Assembly: GCA_017453565.1 (NCBI GenBank)
Contig: JAFTEQ010000072.1
Span: forward strand, 5,720-69,719
DNA: 64,000 bases
DNA from: Bacteroidales bacterium
GTDB lineage: Bacteria > Bacteroidota > Bacteroidia > Bacteroidales > UBA932
Direction: 5' to 3'
Below, one piece after another: positions 39,801 through 48,406 of this stretch (position 1 is its first letter; each line of letters opens with the position of its first letter). The position numbers and the translations under genes were made by a program. Under the pieces are notes generated by a model. That model had not been told where the DNA came from. It made no database searches and saw only the letters and a program-made list of their open reading frames with translations.

Positions 39801-40869
39801 CGCTTACATGCTCTTTATGGCGGGTCCCGGCGGTCCCTTCTCCTATGCCGACGGCGGCGCCACTTCGGAGAGTGCGTCTCCAGGAATGTGGTGGCTCGCA
39901 GCCAAACAGAACGACCGCTCGCTGCTCTGCAACGAGATGCGCCTCTATCAGAAGGGCGGATACTGCAACGGGAGCGACGAACGTTACCTGCCGCTCATTC
40001 CCGCCGTGGTGCGCAATTTCAATATGGACGGCTACTCCTCGGTGAAGCCCTCGGCTACGGTGTGGAGCGGTAACGGGGCTGTTCCCGTGGTGATGGTTCA
40101 CACGGGCTGGGACTTCAATGCGAACGACCACTACCTGGGTATCAAGGGCGGGCAGGCCAACCACGGCCACGGGCACATGGATGCCGGTTCGTTCGTCTAC
40201 GATGCCCTGGGCCAGCGCTGGTCGGCCGATGTCACGCGTCCCAACTATGCCACCATGGAAGTGCAGCTCGCGACTGCGAATGGCAGTTTCTGGGCTATGA
40301 CGCAGAAGTCGCTCAGGTGGGACATCACCAGTATGAACAACTGGTTCCATTCCACCATCTCGGTGGCCGCGAACGACGGTTCCATTTCCAAGACCTATCC
40401 CACCGACCACAACGTGGCGGGGAAGTGCACCGTACAGAGCGTGCTCAATAGCGCTTCGGAAAAGGGCGCCGTGCTCGACATGAGCGCCGTGCTGAAGGGC
40501 CAGGTGGCGTCGGCTACCCGCACCATCAAGCTGGTGAACGAGAAGGATCTGCTTGTGATTGACGAGATTACGGCCCTGTCCGGACAGGCTGCGCCGTTGC
40601 TCTGGCATATGGTGACGCCCGCGACGGTCAGCGCCGCAGCGGACGGGGTAACCCTCACTTCGGGCGGGAAGACCATGTACCTGACGGTGCAGAGTTCCGA
40701 CGCCGGCGTGACCCCCACTTACGTCGTGTCCGACTTCGTGCGGCCCGCCTCGTGGGCGGCCCGGACCTGGGATCCCTCGCAGGCTTCCTTCCGGGTGACG
40801 GGCTACGAATGCACCGTCCCGGCCGGCCAGACCGTGACCCTCACCACCCGGCTCTCGCCGGAGAAGTAG
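36859..40869 (+). CDS. Multidomain lipoprotein (1336 aa): fimbrillin-like domain, beta-sandwich domains, heparinase II/III-like polysaccharide lyase
   Basis: Lipobox LLAGC; AVYPY, PGTFPEGL; HPRVL, WHPSHFLDVAEM, NWNQVCNGG, YAEGYGYW, HGHMDAGSFV. Confidence 0.8.
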   Translation: MNTWKRIVVLSAGLVLLAGCAEKEIEPEKETTPEAEEMSFTVALPGEGAFEAEAALSLFDAHANQRFVTEEGGAPALFKGSAFKADRYDAVYPYDAKASLQADGGIRITLPVMQEAEPGQKPAPLYVGSSTGGNLSLKEAYSIVKFTMQYGGATTVTLKSRSPELGLGGAVTFTPGAEGWTVASAVSSSVSCKTPSGASFTAGEYYFQALPGTFPEGLLLSVSGGDKNGSIPYGEEGGITLKAGEVFDLGVVDDDFAPEPIRLVIPFHFKEPDLLLDPVAVGSAWPFQESKGSSSNHATEHWLHTVQEGYPFYWSGADYYLNSKGGIQVNCNTASDFFEFPTFAHGRITSITAAFGNLPAPFVTDERGNVLQGGEPKSGLEKGKLYEWELKDTQYGQPVHFVLGTSGSAQILQFNVYYELTDDTILNGISSVSLSDVGTDVFVNGTVDVEAKVQYNSGGSAAGTSCAFDYFDLADRSSSTQLACSPESFACHLKDVTGDAYQFRAWACSEKGWRVYSDDLTVYTTCLKIDFWRDGTRYQPFSPGLKAGQAAAAALAGTEQTVNVIGTDLNVSYYSPKDGTTYYIDLNTTAACRVSSAGTDMSPMSYFKFPAISGKAVSAVVVTRGVASGSNFFICKDPANAESTRVSETVKIGAQDSGIMNCSLTAAGVQYCLVFPDKALYNVRNIRVVYEGGGASAWSDDPDDQTLNPDDPSADPSGTVNYSGLAAMGHPRVLIDKAGFADIRTKVTEEAGSNRFLTSVVSDIISRANGYASSPVRITYTLDASGKRLLTQSTTAMRQLVLLAFAYQVTGQAKYVSACRKILSDVCAFPDWHPSHFLDVAEMSLGVAIAYDWLYGVLTPEEKVAVKNALINYALVAGANNGSQFYNSGGNWNQVCNGGLVAAAIAVYEKDKTRAAQTIEKAISTNKTALAAIYSPDGNYAEGYGYWGYGTGFQAYMMQMLQTAFGTDAGLCSVDGFLETAAYMLFMAGPGGPFSYADGGATSESASPGMWWLAAKQNDRSLLCNEMRLYQKGGYCNGSDERYLPLIPAVVRNFNMDGYSSVKPSATVWSGNGAVPVVMVHTGWDFNANDHYLGIKGGQANHGHGHMDAGSFVYDALGQRWSADVTRPNYATMEVQLATANGSFWAMTQKSLRWDITSMNNWFHSTISVAANDGSISKTYPTDHNVAGKCTVQSVLNSASEKGAVLDMSAVLKGQVASATRTIKLVNEKDLLVIDEITALSGQAAPLLWHMVTPATVSAAADGVTLTSGGKTMYLTVQSSDAGVTPTYVVSDFVRPASWAARTWDPSQASFRVTGYECTVPAGQTVTLTTRLSPEK

Positions 40870-40872
40870 GGT

Positions 40873-42156
40873 TCAGCGCGTTTCGGTAAGTCGTTTTTCG
40901 CGCCGTTCAAGCCGCCGCTCGAGTCGCTGTTCGATACGTTCCCTGCGCTGCTCGAACTCGTTTTTGTGTTTGAGTATGAAGTTCTCGGCATAGATTGCCA
41001 CCGATGCGAGCACGAAGTAGACGACGGTCTGCAGCGTGAGCGCACGCATGAGCGGACGCACGGTGAGCAGGTCTCCGCCCGCCGTGTTGAGGTTGATGAA
41101 CGCCCGGCAGCCGAAGGTGGACGGGAACAGCCAGGAGAAGTATTTCCATACGGCCGGGAAGGCGCTTTCCGGCCAGGAGAAGCCCGTGAGGAAGGCGCAG
41201 ATGGGCGAGATGAAGAGCAGCAGCACGAAGACCGATTCGCGTCGCGTGATGAGCGTGCTCCAGGTCATGGAGAAGAAGACGCAGTCGGTCACATAGAAAA
41301 GAAGGAGCAGCACGATGTCTTCAAAGCTGCCTCGCTGGGGAAAGTGGAAGATGGCGGGCACGATGAGGGCGATGTAAAGCCCGAGGCCCATGAACAGCAA
41401 CCAGTAGGCCCCGCCCCGGCCCAGGATGACACGGCCTACGCCCTGGCCCTGGAAGCGGTCGGCGAGCGGGGCGAAACTGCGGTTTTCCTCACGCATCGTT
41501 CCGGCCAGCAGCGACATCCCGTAGAACATCACCTGCTGGACCACCAGCAACAGGATGGCCGAAATGAGGAAGATGGTATAGGAGAAGGCGCGGTTGTAGG
41601 GGTTGTTGTCGTCGTAGGGGATGGCGTGGATGAAGGCCCGGGCTTCCTGTTCGGAAAGGCCTGCCTCCGAGTATCGATCCACCTGGATCTGCCCGATCTC
41701 GTGCAGCATTACGAAATGGCTGCCCATCATCACGTTCTTGTAGTAGAGGAAACTGCTCATGTCGGCGTAGATGGAGAGTTTGGCGGTTTCCATGCGGGCG
41801 AGCCGCTCTCCGAAGTCGTCGGGGAAATAGATGATCCCGTTGATCTTGCGGCGGCGCAGCAATTCGCGCGCTTCCTCCATATCGGTGCAGCGGGCGGCGA
41901 TGCGCAGTTCACGCGTGGCGTCCATCTCGCGGATGAAACGTCGGCTCTCTGCGCAGTCGGCCCGGTCTACGACCGCTACCGGCGTCTTTTCCAGGATGCC
42001 GTTTTTGTAAACATAATTATAGAGTAGAGGGTAGCAGAGTCCGCCGATCACGAAGATGACCATCACGCCGCTGTCGTGGACAATCTGGCGCAGTTCGTGC
42101 GCGAAGATGCCCCAGGCATCGGAGAACCATCCCTTTATATACTTAATTCCTTTCAT
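40873..42156 (-). CDS. ABC-2 type transporter permease (YbhR/YbhS-like)
   Basis: N-terminal TM, periplasmic PVAVVD domain, C-terminal TM bundle, LTGFSWP. Confidence 0.88.
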   Translation of the reverse strand: MKGIKYIKGWFSDAWGIFAHELRQIVHDSGVMVIFVIGGLCYPLLYNYVYKNGILEKTPVAVVDRADCAESRRFIREMDATRELRIAARCTDMEEARELLRRRKINGIIYFPDDFGERLARMETAKLSIYADMSSFLYYKNVMMGSHFVMLHEIGQIQVDRYSEAGLSEQEARAFIHAIPYDDNNPYNRAFSYTIFLISAILLLVVQQVMFYGMSLLAGTMREENRSFAPLADRFQGQGVGRVILGRGGAYWLLFMGLGLYIALIVPAIFHFPQRGSFEDIVLLLLFYVTDCVFFSMTWSTLITRRESVFVLLLFISPICAFLTGFSWPESAFPAVWKYFSWLFPSTFGCRAFINLNTAGGDLLTVRPLMRALTLQTVVYFVLASVAIYAENFILKHKNEFEQRRERIEQRLERRLERREKRLTETR

Positions 42157-43306
42157 AGTCTTGGTAGATGTAGGCGTGCTGCAGCCGTCCGAGGCTCAGC
42201 AGGGGCAGCAGCAGGAAGACGAGCAGGTGGATGACTTGCGGGTACCAACCGGCAAATCCGTTTGCATAGATGCCTTCCTGCACGTAGAACAGGTAATAGG
42301 CGCGCAGCGGATAGATGGCGGCCAGACCCGTGAACGGGGCAGGCATGGCCTCGATGGGCAGGGTGAACCCGGCCAGCGAAAAGCCCAGCACGCTGTAGAG
42401 GGCGCCGATGCTCAGGGCGAAGCGCAGCACGGGCACCAGTCCGATGATGGTGACGGCCACCGCCTCGCAGGCGAGTACGAAGAGGAACATTCCCAGAGCC
42501 ATGCTCCAGATGCTGCCCGCGAAGGGGAAATGCAGGAAACGGTAGAAGATGAGCACGAGTGACAGGCCCAGGGCCGTGAACAACAGGGTGTAGACCAGAA
42601 GTTTTCCCAGAACCGCCGCCACGATGTCGTGCCCCGCCTTTTCGAGCAGATGGCGCGAAGTGCCGTATTTGAGCTCGGTGCCCAGCGAGTAGATGACCAG
42701 GATGACGATGATCATCTCCAGCACGCCGGGCAGCATGATGTTGGAGATGTATGCGCCGTAGTTCATGGTGGCGTTCCCGATCTGATGCACATCGATGTCA
42801 ACGGGACGGATCTGTCCGGAGATGGCCCTGTCGTTCAGGCCTTTCTGACGCAGGACCTCCCGCTGCACGGCGCCCGACGTGAGGTTGACCATCTGCAGCA
42901 GGTCTTTCCAGGCAAGCGAACCGCCCACGAAGTAGAGCCCGTTGATATAGAAGGTGATGCGGGGCTGGCGCTGGGCGTTTACATCGGCAAGGAAGCCCTT
43001 CGGAAGTACGCACACAGCCGTGACGCGGCCCGCCTGCATCTCGGCCCGTGCTTCGGGGAAAGTCTCGAAGCGACGCACGGATCCCAGCTGGGTGGCGTCG
43101 AGCTGGCGGATAAAGTTGCGCGAGAGGGAGGTGCCGTCGAGATCGACCACGGCGATGGGCAGGTCGGTAGGTACGCCGGCGTGGAAGAAACTGAGGTAGA
43201 ACAGGGTACAGAACCCCAGCACCAACACCGACCCCACCAGATAGATGGGGCGCCTGATCCAGATGCCCAGTTCACGGAGGGCGACCGCACGCAGTTTCTG
43301 CCACAT
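42143..43306 (-). CDS. ABC-2 type transporter permease (YbhR/YbhS-like)
   Basis: DLPIAVVDLD, LAGFTLPIEAMP, same topology as its neighbour. Confidence 0.88.
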   Translation of the reverse strand: MWQKLRAVALRELGIWIRRPIYLVGSVLVLGFCTLFYLSFFHAGVPTDLPIAVVDLDGTSLSRNFIRQLDATQLGSVRRFETFPEARAEMQAGRVTAVCVLPKGFLADVNAQRQPRITFYINGLYFVGGSLAWKDLLQMVNLTSGAVQREVLRQKGLNDRAISGQIRPVDIDVHQIGNATMNYGAYISNIMLPGVLEMIIVILVIYSLGTELKYGTSRHLLEKAGHDIVAAVLGKLLVYTLLFTALGLSLVLIFYRFLHFPFAGSIWSMALGMFLFVLACEAVAVTIIGLVPVLRFALSIGALYSVLGFSLAGFTLPIEAMPAPFTGLAAIYPLRAYYLFYVQEGIYANGFAGWYPQVIHLLVFLLLPLLSLGRLQHAYIYQDYERN

Positions 43307-43318
43307 GGTCCAGGCGTT

Positions 43319-44305
43319 TTATTCGACCACGAGGGCGGTCATTCCGGGCAGGAGCCCTTCCACTTTCTCACAGGGTACGGCACGCACCTCGAAGGTCTTT
43401 GCGTCGTACATGTCGTTCTCCTTGGTGGCCTTCCAGGTGGCGTACGATTCCCGCACCGCGATGTAGTTCACCTCGGCCTCGAGCTGCCGTCCGTCGAGGG
43501 CGGGGATGGAAAGGGTGAGGCGGTCTCCGATGCGCATTCCGTGCAAGCGGTCTTCACGGATGTTGAACGTGAACCAGAGGTCGCCCAGGTCGAGGATGGT
43601 CATCACCGGAGAACCGGTGCCCACGAGTTCCCCCACCTTGGGGAATACGGCCGAGACCACTCCGTCGGCCGGAGCGGTGAGGAAGAGCTCGTCGAGATAG
43701 GCGTTCACTTCCTGCAAGGCGCCGTCGGCTTGTCCGAGCACGGCCGCCGCGGCGTCCTTGTCTTCTTTCCGGGCTCCGCTGCGGGCCATGTTGTACTGGC
43801 TCTCAGCGGCGCGGGCCTGTGCCTTGGCTGCATCGTACTTGGCTTTTACCTCGTCGTATTTCTGCTCCGACACCACCTTCTGTTCGAAGAGGCGCGCCAT
43901 GCGGTCGAACGACTTCTTCATCACTTCCTCCTGGACGAGGGCTTGCTGCCAGAGTTCGTAAGCGGCTGTGACCTGTTCGCTGCGGGCGCCGTTCATGGCC
44001 TTGTTTCTCTGGGCCTGGGCTGCATTGCGCAGGGCCCGTGCCTGGGCGAGTTTCGCCCGCACCTCGGGAGAGTCGATCCGGGCCACGGTGTCGCCCTTGT
44101 GGACAGTCTGTCCTTCCTTATAATAGAGTTCCTCGATACGTCCGGGAACCTTGCCGGAGACCCGGTATTCACTGCCTTCCGTCTCGCCCTGGATAAGCGT
44201 AGGCCGCGGTTTGGAGACGAAGTAGCCCACGAGGGCGATGAGCAGGATGATGGCCACGAGGGCGATGACCCCGATGATGAGGTTGTAATTCTTTTTCTTA
44301 TCCAT
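43319..44305 (-). CDS. HlyD family periplasmic adaptor
   Basis: VSGKVPGRI lipoyl-like half, coiled coil, APADGVV, ATWKATK. Confidence 0.92.
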   Translation of the reverse strand: MDKKKNYNLIIGVIALVAIILLIALVGYFVSKPRPTLIQGETEGSEYRVSGKVPGRIEELYYKEGQTVHKGDTVARIDSPEVRAKLAQARALRNAAQAQRNKAMNGARSEQVTAAYELWQQALVQEEVMKKSFDRMARLFEQKVVSEQKYDEVKAKYDAAKAQARAAESQYNMARSGARKEDKDAAAAVLGQADGALQEVNAYLDELFLTAPADGVVSAVFPKVGELVGTGSPVMTILDLGDLWFTFNIREDRLHGMRIGDRLTLSIPALDGRQLEAEVNYIAVRESYATWKATKENDMYDAKTFEVRAVPCEKVEGLLPGMTALVVE

Positions 44306-44317
44306 ATCTGTACTGTT

Positions 44318-45853
44318 TTATTGTGCTTGGGTATAGGCACCCTGGGCCTTGCGGAGCAGGGTTGCATTCATCTGCAGTTCAACGCCCGCATCCAGATACT
44401 CGGAGTGGGCCTGAAGCCAGGCCGTCTGGGCGGCGAGGGCTGTGTGGGCGTCCACCACGCCGGCTTCGAAGCCCACGGTGGCGGCCCTCAGGTTCTCCTC
44501 GGCACTCTCCAGGTTGCTTTCCGCCATCTGCAGGCGTTCGGCGGCTTCTTCTCCCTGGCGGCGCAGTTGCGCGAGCTGGAGTTCGATCATTTGGCAGGCA
44601 TCATCGTACCGGCTGCGGTAGAGCGAGGCTTCGGCTTTGGCCTTGCGCGTTTTCTGCAGGGCCTCGGTGCCATGGAAGATGGGCACGCTTACCAGCACGC
44701 CGGCGTTGAAGCGTCCGCCCCATTCGCGCTGGAATCCGTGCTGCATGTTGGGGTTCGACACCAAATAATTTGCGGTAAGGGCCACTTTGGGCAGCATGTC
44801 GGCCCGGGCCATGCGGGCCTTGCCGTCGTAGATCTGGGCGGCGAGGTCGAGACAACGGGTTTCTGGACGGTCGTCCAGTACGGCCTGGAGCGGCTTGTCC
44901 GCCGGGGTGCCCGGAGCGGGGATGGCGTCGAGGCTTTCATCGGCGAGGGTGATATCGCTGTCGAGCGGCAGGCCGATCTGCTTGCAGAGCAGCATCTTCG
45001 CAAGCGAGAGCCCGCCCGTGGCCTTGGTGCGCAGCATCTGGGCTTCGTTGGCCTTTACCTTGATGGTGAGGGCATCCGATTCCGTGGCTACTCCGGCTGC
45101 CACCGATGCCTGTACATCGGTGAGCATCTGTTCGAGCAGGTCGCAGTAGCCTTCGGCCAGTTTCTTCTTGCCGGCCACCGACACGATCTGCCAGTATGCC
45201 TCGTCAACGCCCGCGAGGACTTCCTGATACTCTTTATCGTACTGCGCGTGCGCGAGTTCTTCGGCGAGCCGGGCCACGCGGTTGGCGTTCACGATCTTGC
45301 CGCCCATGAAAAGCGGCTGCTGGAGCGACACCGCTCCAATGAAGACATGCTCGATCTCGGGATGGAGGGCACCGTCGATTTCCTGCCCGATGTGGTTCAG
45401 GAGCGTACTCACATCGGCCTGCGAGAGGGCGCCCAAGACCGTCTGCCACATGGGGGAACCCATGTACTCGGCGGCTGCGGCCGGGTTGGACATGATGGCC
45501 GTGGTAAGGCCCTGCATAAAGCCGTCGAACTGTCCCTGGACGTGCGTGCCCAGCGAGTTGAGCAGGGCGGACTGTTCTTCTCCGATGAACGAGAAATCGC
45601 CGGGCGTGTATTGGTAGGTGCCTTTTGCACTGATGTTGGGGAAATAGTTGGCCTGGGCGATCTTGCGGTCATAGCCGGCCATCTCCACGCGTGTCTCGGC
45701 CTGCCTGAGCGCTTTGTTTGCCTGGACGGCCATCTGCCGGCACTGTTCCAGCGTGAGGGTTTTTCCCTGGCTGCTTCCTGCTGCATTCTGTGCCGGGAGG
45801 CCGGGGGCGAGGGCGGTGAGCAGGACACCGATGAGTAGTTTGCTTCGCATCAT
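44318..45853 (-). CDS. TolC family outer membrane efflux protein
   Basis: Signal peptide; LTLEQCRQMA, QPLFMGGKI, VSVPIFH, GFEAGV. Confidence 0.9.
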   Translation of the reverse strand: MMRSKLLIGVLLTALAPGLPAQNAAGSSQGKTLTLEQCRQMAVQANKALRQAETRVEMAGYDRKIAQANYFPNISAKGTYQYTPGDFSFIGEEQSALLNSLGTHVQGQFDGFMQGLTTAIMSNPAAAAEYMGSPMWQTVLGALSQADVSTLLNHIGQEIDGALHPEIEHVFIGAVSLQQPLFMGGKIVNANRVARLAEELAHAQYDKEYQEVLAGVDEAYWQIVSVAGKKKLAEGYCDLLEQMLTDVQASVAAGVATESDALTIKVKANEAQMLRTKATGGLSLAKMLLCKQIGLPLDSDITLADESLDAIPAPGTPADKPLQAVLDDRPETRCLDLAAQIYDGKARMARADMLPKVALTANYLVSNPNMQHGFQREWGGRFNAGVLVSVPIFHGTEALQKTRKAKAEASLYRSRYDDACQMIELQLAQLRRQGEEAAERLQMAESNLESAEENLRAATVGFEAGVVDAHTALAAQTAWLQAHSEYLDAGVELQMNATLLRKAQGAYTQAQ

Positions 45854-45962
45854 ATCTGCGTTTATCTTTTTTTATCCGTGCGGCGCAGAACTGCAATTAT
45901 TTTGCCTTTTTTAGCCGAAAAAATAGACTCTTTTAGCACTTCTGTGATAAAAAAGTCGGAAA

Positions 45963-45995
45963 TTTGCGCTTTTTGAAAAGAGATGAGTATCTTTG
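45963..45995 (+). promoter_or_regulatory. Bacteroidetes sigma-A promoter for the araC gene
   Basis: TTTG at 45963-45966, 21-nt spacer, TATCTTTG at 45988-45995. Confidence 0.7.
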
Positions 45996-46016
45996 CAATA
46001 AGTCAGTACTGCCCGT

Positions 46017-46952
46017 ATGGATATAAAAGTGCACCAGATTGGCCTGCGTGACCTGCAGCGTTATTTCCCTGCCACCATCTCCGACGATTTGTCGGACGAC
46101 TTCTTCATTTCCGACATCCGCCACATCGATCCGCTGCAACTTCTGCGCGAACCCTGCCGCTTCGACGGCTATCTTGGCCTTTTCTGCATGGAAGGGCGTC
46201 TGGGGGTGGAAATCAACCTAAAGACCTACGAGATCGGAGCCGATTCGCTGGTAATCATCGTGCCGGGAACCATCGGCCGCGTCTACGGTGTGGATGATAC
46301 GTCCCTGAAAGGACTGCATTTCGTGGCCGTTGCCATGTCGCGCGAGTTCCTGTCGGGCATCCGGCTCGACTTCGTGCGACTCTACGAGGAGAGCCTTTCG
46401 CTGCTCGACAATCCGGTGCTGCGCCTGACCGAATCCGAGCGTGCCCTGTGCCGGCGCTATTTCGACCTTGCGATTGCCCTTTCGCAGAGCGAGACCCCGG
46501 GCTTGCAGGACGCGCTCCGGCAGCTGGTCTCTTCGGCTTTCTACTATTTCGGGGCCATCTGGCAGGGGCGGCTCTCCTTGGCCCGGCCCCAGGCGGCTTC
46601 GCCGGCGGTCCGTACTCCGGGCAGCACCCGTACCAGCCGTGCGAAGATGGTGTTCAACTCCTTTCTCAAACTGGTGAGCGAGCATCATGGAACTGAGCGG
46701 AACATGGCCTTCTATGCCGACCAGCTCTGCCTCACGCCCAAGTATCTTTCCAAACTGGTGAAGGATGTGAGCGGGCAGTCGGGGCCCGACTGGATTGACT
46801 CGTTCGTGATCCTGGAAGCCAAGAATATGCTCAAGTATTCCGACATGCCCGTGAAGGAGATCGTCTACCGCCTCCACTTTCCCAACGCCTCGGTCTTCTA
46901 TAAATTCTTCCGCACCCACACCGGCGTCTCGCCCAGCGAGTATCGGAAATAG
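46017..46952 (+). CDS. AraC family transcriptional regulator
   Basis: FYADQLCLTPKYLS, VKEIVYRLHFPNASVFYKFFR...SPSEYR; divergent from the efflux operon. Confidence 0.93.
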   Translation: MDIKVHQIGLRDLQRYFPATISDDLSDDFFISDIRHIDPLQLLREPCRFDGYLGLFCMEGRLGVEINLKTYEIGADSLVIIVPGTIGRVYGVDDTSLKGLHFVAVAMSREFLSGIRLDFVRLYEESLSLLDNPVLRLTESERALCRRYFDLAIALSQSETPGLQDALRQLVSSAFYYFGAIWQGRLSLARPQAASPAVRTPGSTRTSRAKMVFNSFLKLVSEHHGTERNMAFYADQLCLTPKYLSKLVKDVSGQSGPDWIDSFVILEAKNMLKYSDMPVKEIVYRLHFPNASVFYKFFRTHTGVSPSEYRK

Positions 46953-47201
46953 GGGGGCGGCAACCCCCGTTCGGGAGTTCGCTTCGCTCACCCCACCGTC
47001 CTGGCGCCGGCAGGCGCCGTCGCTCCCCCCGCTTCCGTGCCGCGGGTGGCACGTCCCTCAGGGGGTTCCGCCCTCCCGGGTTCCATTTTCGCATCTTCGT
47101 CCCAGCTGCGGGCACAGTATCGAGATGCCGTGGAGGCTAACCCGTTCACTGATAGCGGATAAGGTCACTATCGGGCCCCCTCAAAAGGGGTGCCCGATAG
47201 T
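46953..47201. repeat. Hairpin-rich non-coding element (REP/MITE-like)
   Basis: GGGCGGCAACCCCC...GGGGGTTCCGCCC imperfect terminal inverted repeat enclosing GGCGCC/GGCGCC and CGTGCC/GGCACG stems; a further long stem at 47167-47201. Confidence 0.5.
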
Positions 47202-47456
47202 ATGGGATATTCTTGATATTCAGTGCTTTATCCTCCACGTAAATCCCCGCCCTGTCGTGGGCCGCAAACCTGTCATCGGATTGCGTTGATCCTTCTCTGG
47301 TCTTGACCGTGACATGCCTGGGAAATGCCCGACAGCCTTGTTTACGCAGCGCTCAAAAAACTCCCTGATTGGATGGTCGCAGTCAATGATGCTTTTGATG
47401 AGAAAGTTAATCATATAATGTCTCTAGAACAGTTATAGAAGTCCGGTGCCTCAAAC

Positions 47457-47487
47457 TTGAACTGGTTAGTGGCGCTAACCAGTTCAA
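47457..47487. repeat. Perfect 13-bp inverted repeat
   Basis: TTGAACTGGTTAG-TGGCG-CTAACCAGTTCAA. Confidence 0.8.
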
Positions 47488-47604
47488 TACCATATTTTGC
47501 CCTCTTCCCCTTCTGAGACGTCCAATAGTCCCGGCAAGTCGTGAGTGGCACTCACGAGTCGGGACAGGCCTTTTTGAACACTGTCGGCTGCTGACGAGCC
47601 AGTG

Positions 47605-47877
47605 CTATTTGCGGTAATGCCCCTTCATGGAGAAGATATAGACGAGCACGGTGTCGCCGTCCACTGAGTAAATGATCCGGTCGGCCTTGTTGATGCGGCG
47701 CGACCACTTGCCGGTGAGGTTATGCCTTGATGGCTCCGGCTTTCCAATACCGGTGTAGGGGTGCTCAGCAATGTCCTTGAGTATCTCCTTTATCTTATCG
47801 ACCGTCTTCCCGTCGGTCCTCTTCCACTCTTCGAAATCCTTCTGCGCGCGGGGAAGGAAGGCAATCTTATAGCTCAT
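47605..47877 (-). CDS. yoeB: Txe/YoeB family toxin
   Basis: PYTGIGKPEP, WSRRINKADRIIY, KGHY. Confidence 0.93.
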   Translation of the reverse strand: MSYKIAFLPRAQKDFEEWKRTDGKTVDKIKEILKDIAEHPYTGIGKPEPSRHNLTGKWSRRINKADRIIYSVDGDTVLVYIFSMKGHYRK

Positions 47878-48121
47878 CAATGTTCACAATTTCATAGTTC
47901 CCGTTCTTCACATCTTCATCGCCCTGACGGATGGCCTCCACCAGATCCGGCTGAGACATGACGTAAGCCGTCTCCATCATGGACTCATACTCTTCCATGG
48001 ACATAATTACCACGGCAGAACCTCCTCCACGGTTCACTATGACGTTGTCGGAATCCTTGACAACCCGGTCAAGGTAGTCCTTCAAGTTTGACCTCAGGTC
48101 TGTATAGGTAGCTGTAATCAT
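47867..48121 (-). CDS. yefM: Phd/YefM family antitoxin
   Basis: TYTDLRSNLKDYLDRV, VVIMSMEEYESMMETAY; overlaps the toxin start. Confidence 0.92.
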   Translation of the reverse strand: MITATYTDLRSNLKDYLDRVVKDSDNVIVNRGGGSAVVIMSMEEYESMMETAYVMSQPDLVEAIRQGDEDVKNGNYEIVNIDEL

Positions 48122-48128
48122 GACGAAA

Positions 48129-48157
48129 TAAGTACTTAAATAAGTACTGCAAAGATA
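48129..48157 (-). promoter_or_regulatory. yefM-yoeB promoter and operator
   Basis: AGTACT palindromes at 48131-48136 and 48143-48148; TATCTTTG on - strand at 48150-48157. Confidence 0.7.
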
Positions 48158-48200
48158 ATGCTTAATTATGAAAAAACAATACCTGTCGTATGGGCAAGAA

Positions 48201-48291
48201 AACGCCCCCTACAGCTGCTTTGTCGCGCGGGCGAGCTGGTCGGGGCAGCCGGTGCCGCGGCCTTTGCCGCCGATGCCTTCCGGAAGGGCGA
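48201..48291 (-). pseudogene. Degenerate copy of the 3' end of the TSCPD-domain gene (direct repeat of 49557-49646)
   Basis: Reads ALPEGIGGKGRGTGCPDQLARATKQL* versus intact ALLEGIDCKGRGTSCPDQLARALKQL*; 9 mismatches and 1 indel over about 90 nt. Confidence 0.9.
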
Positions 48292-48406
48292 AGAGCCGGG
48301 AGTCTTGCAAAGATTTTGGTATTCAGATAATCTTTGTTATATTCGCGGTGTCGTTGCGGATATTCCAAGAAAATCCGCAATTAGTATGAGGAAATTCAGA
48401 ACGGAT

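Noticed and set aside
47220-47414. 64-aa ORF in the islet (also 46831..47115)
   Set aside because: No family motifs; lies within or beside palindrome-rich DNA; coding status unsupported.
46953-47604. CRISPR array, tRNA or integron attC sites
   Set aside because: The hairpins are all different in sequence with no regular repeat-spacer period, no cloverleaf, and no cas or integrase gene in the window.
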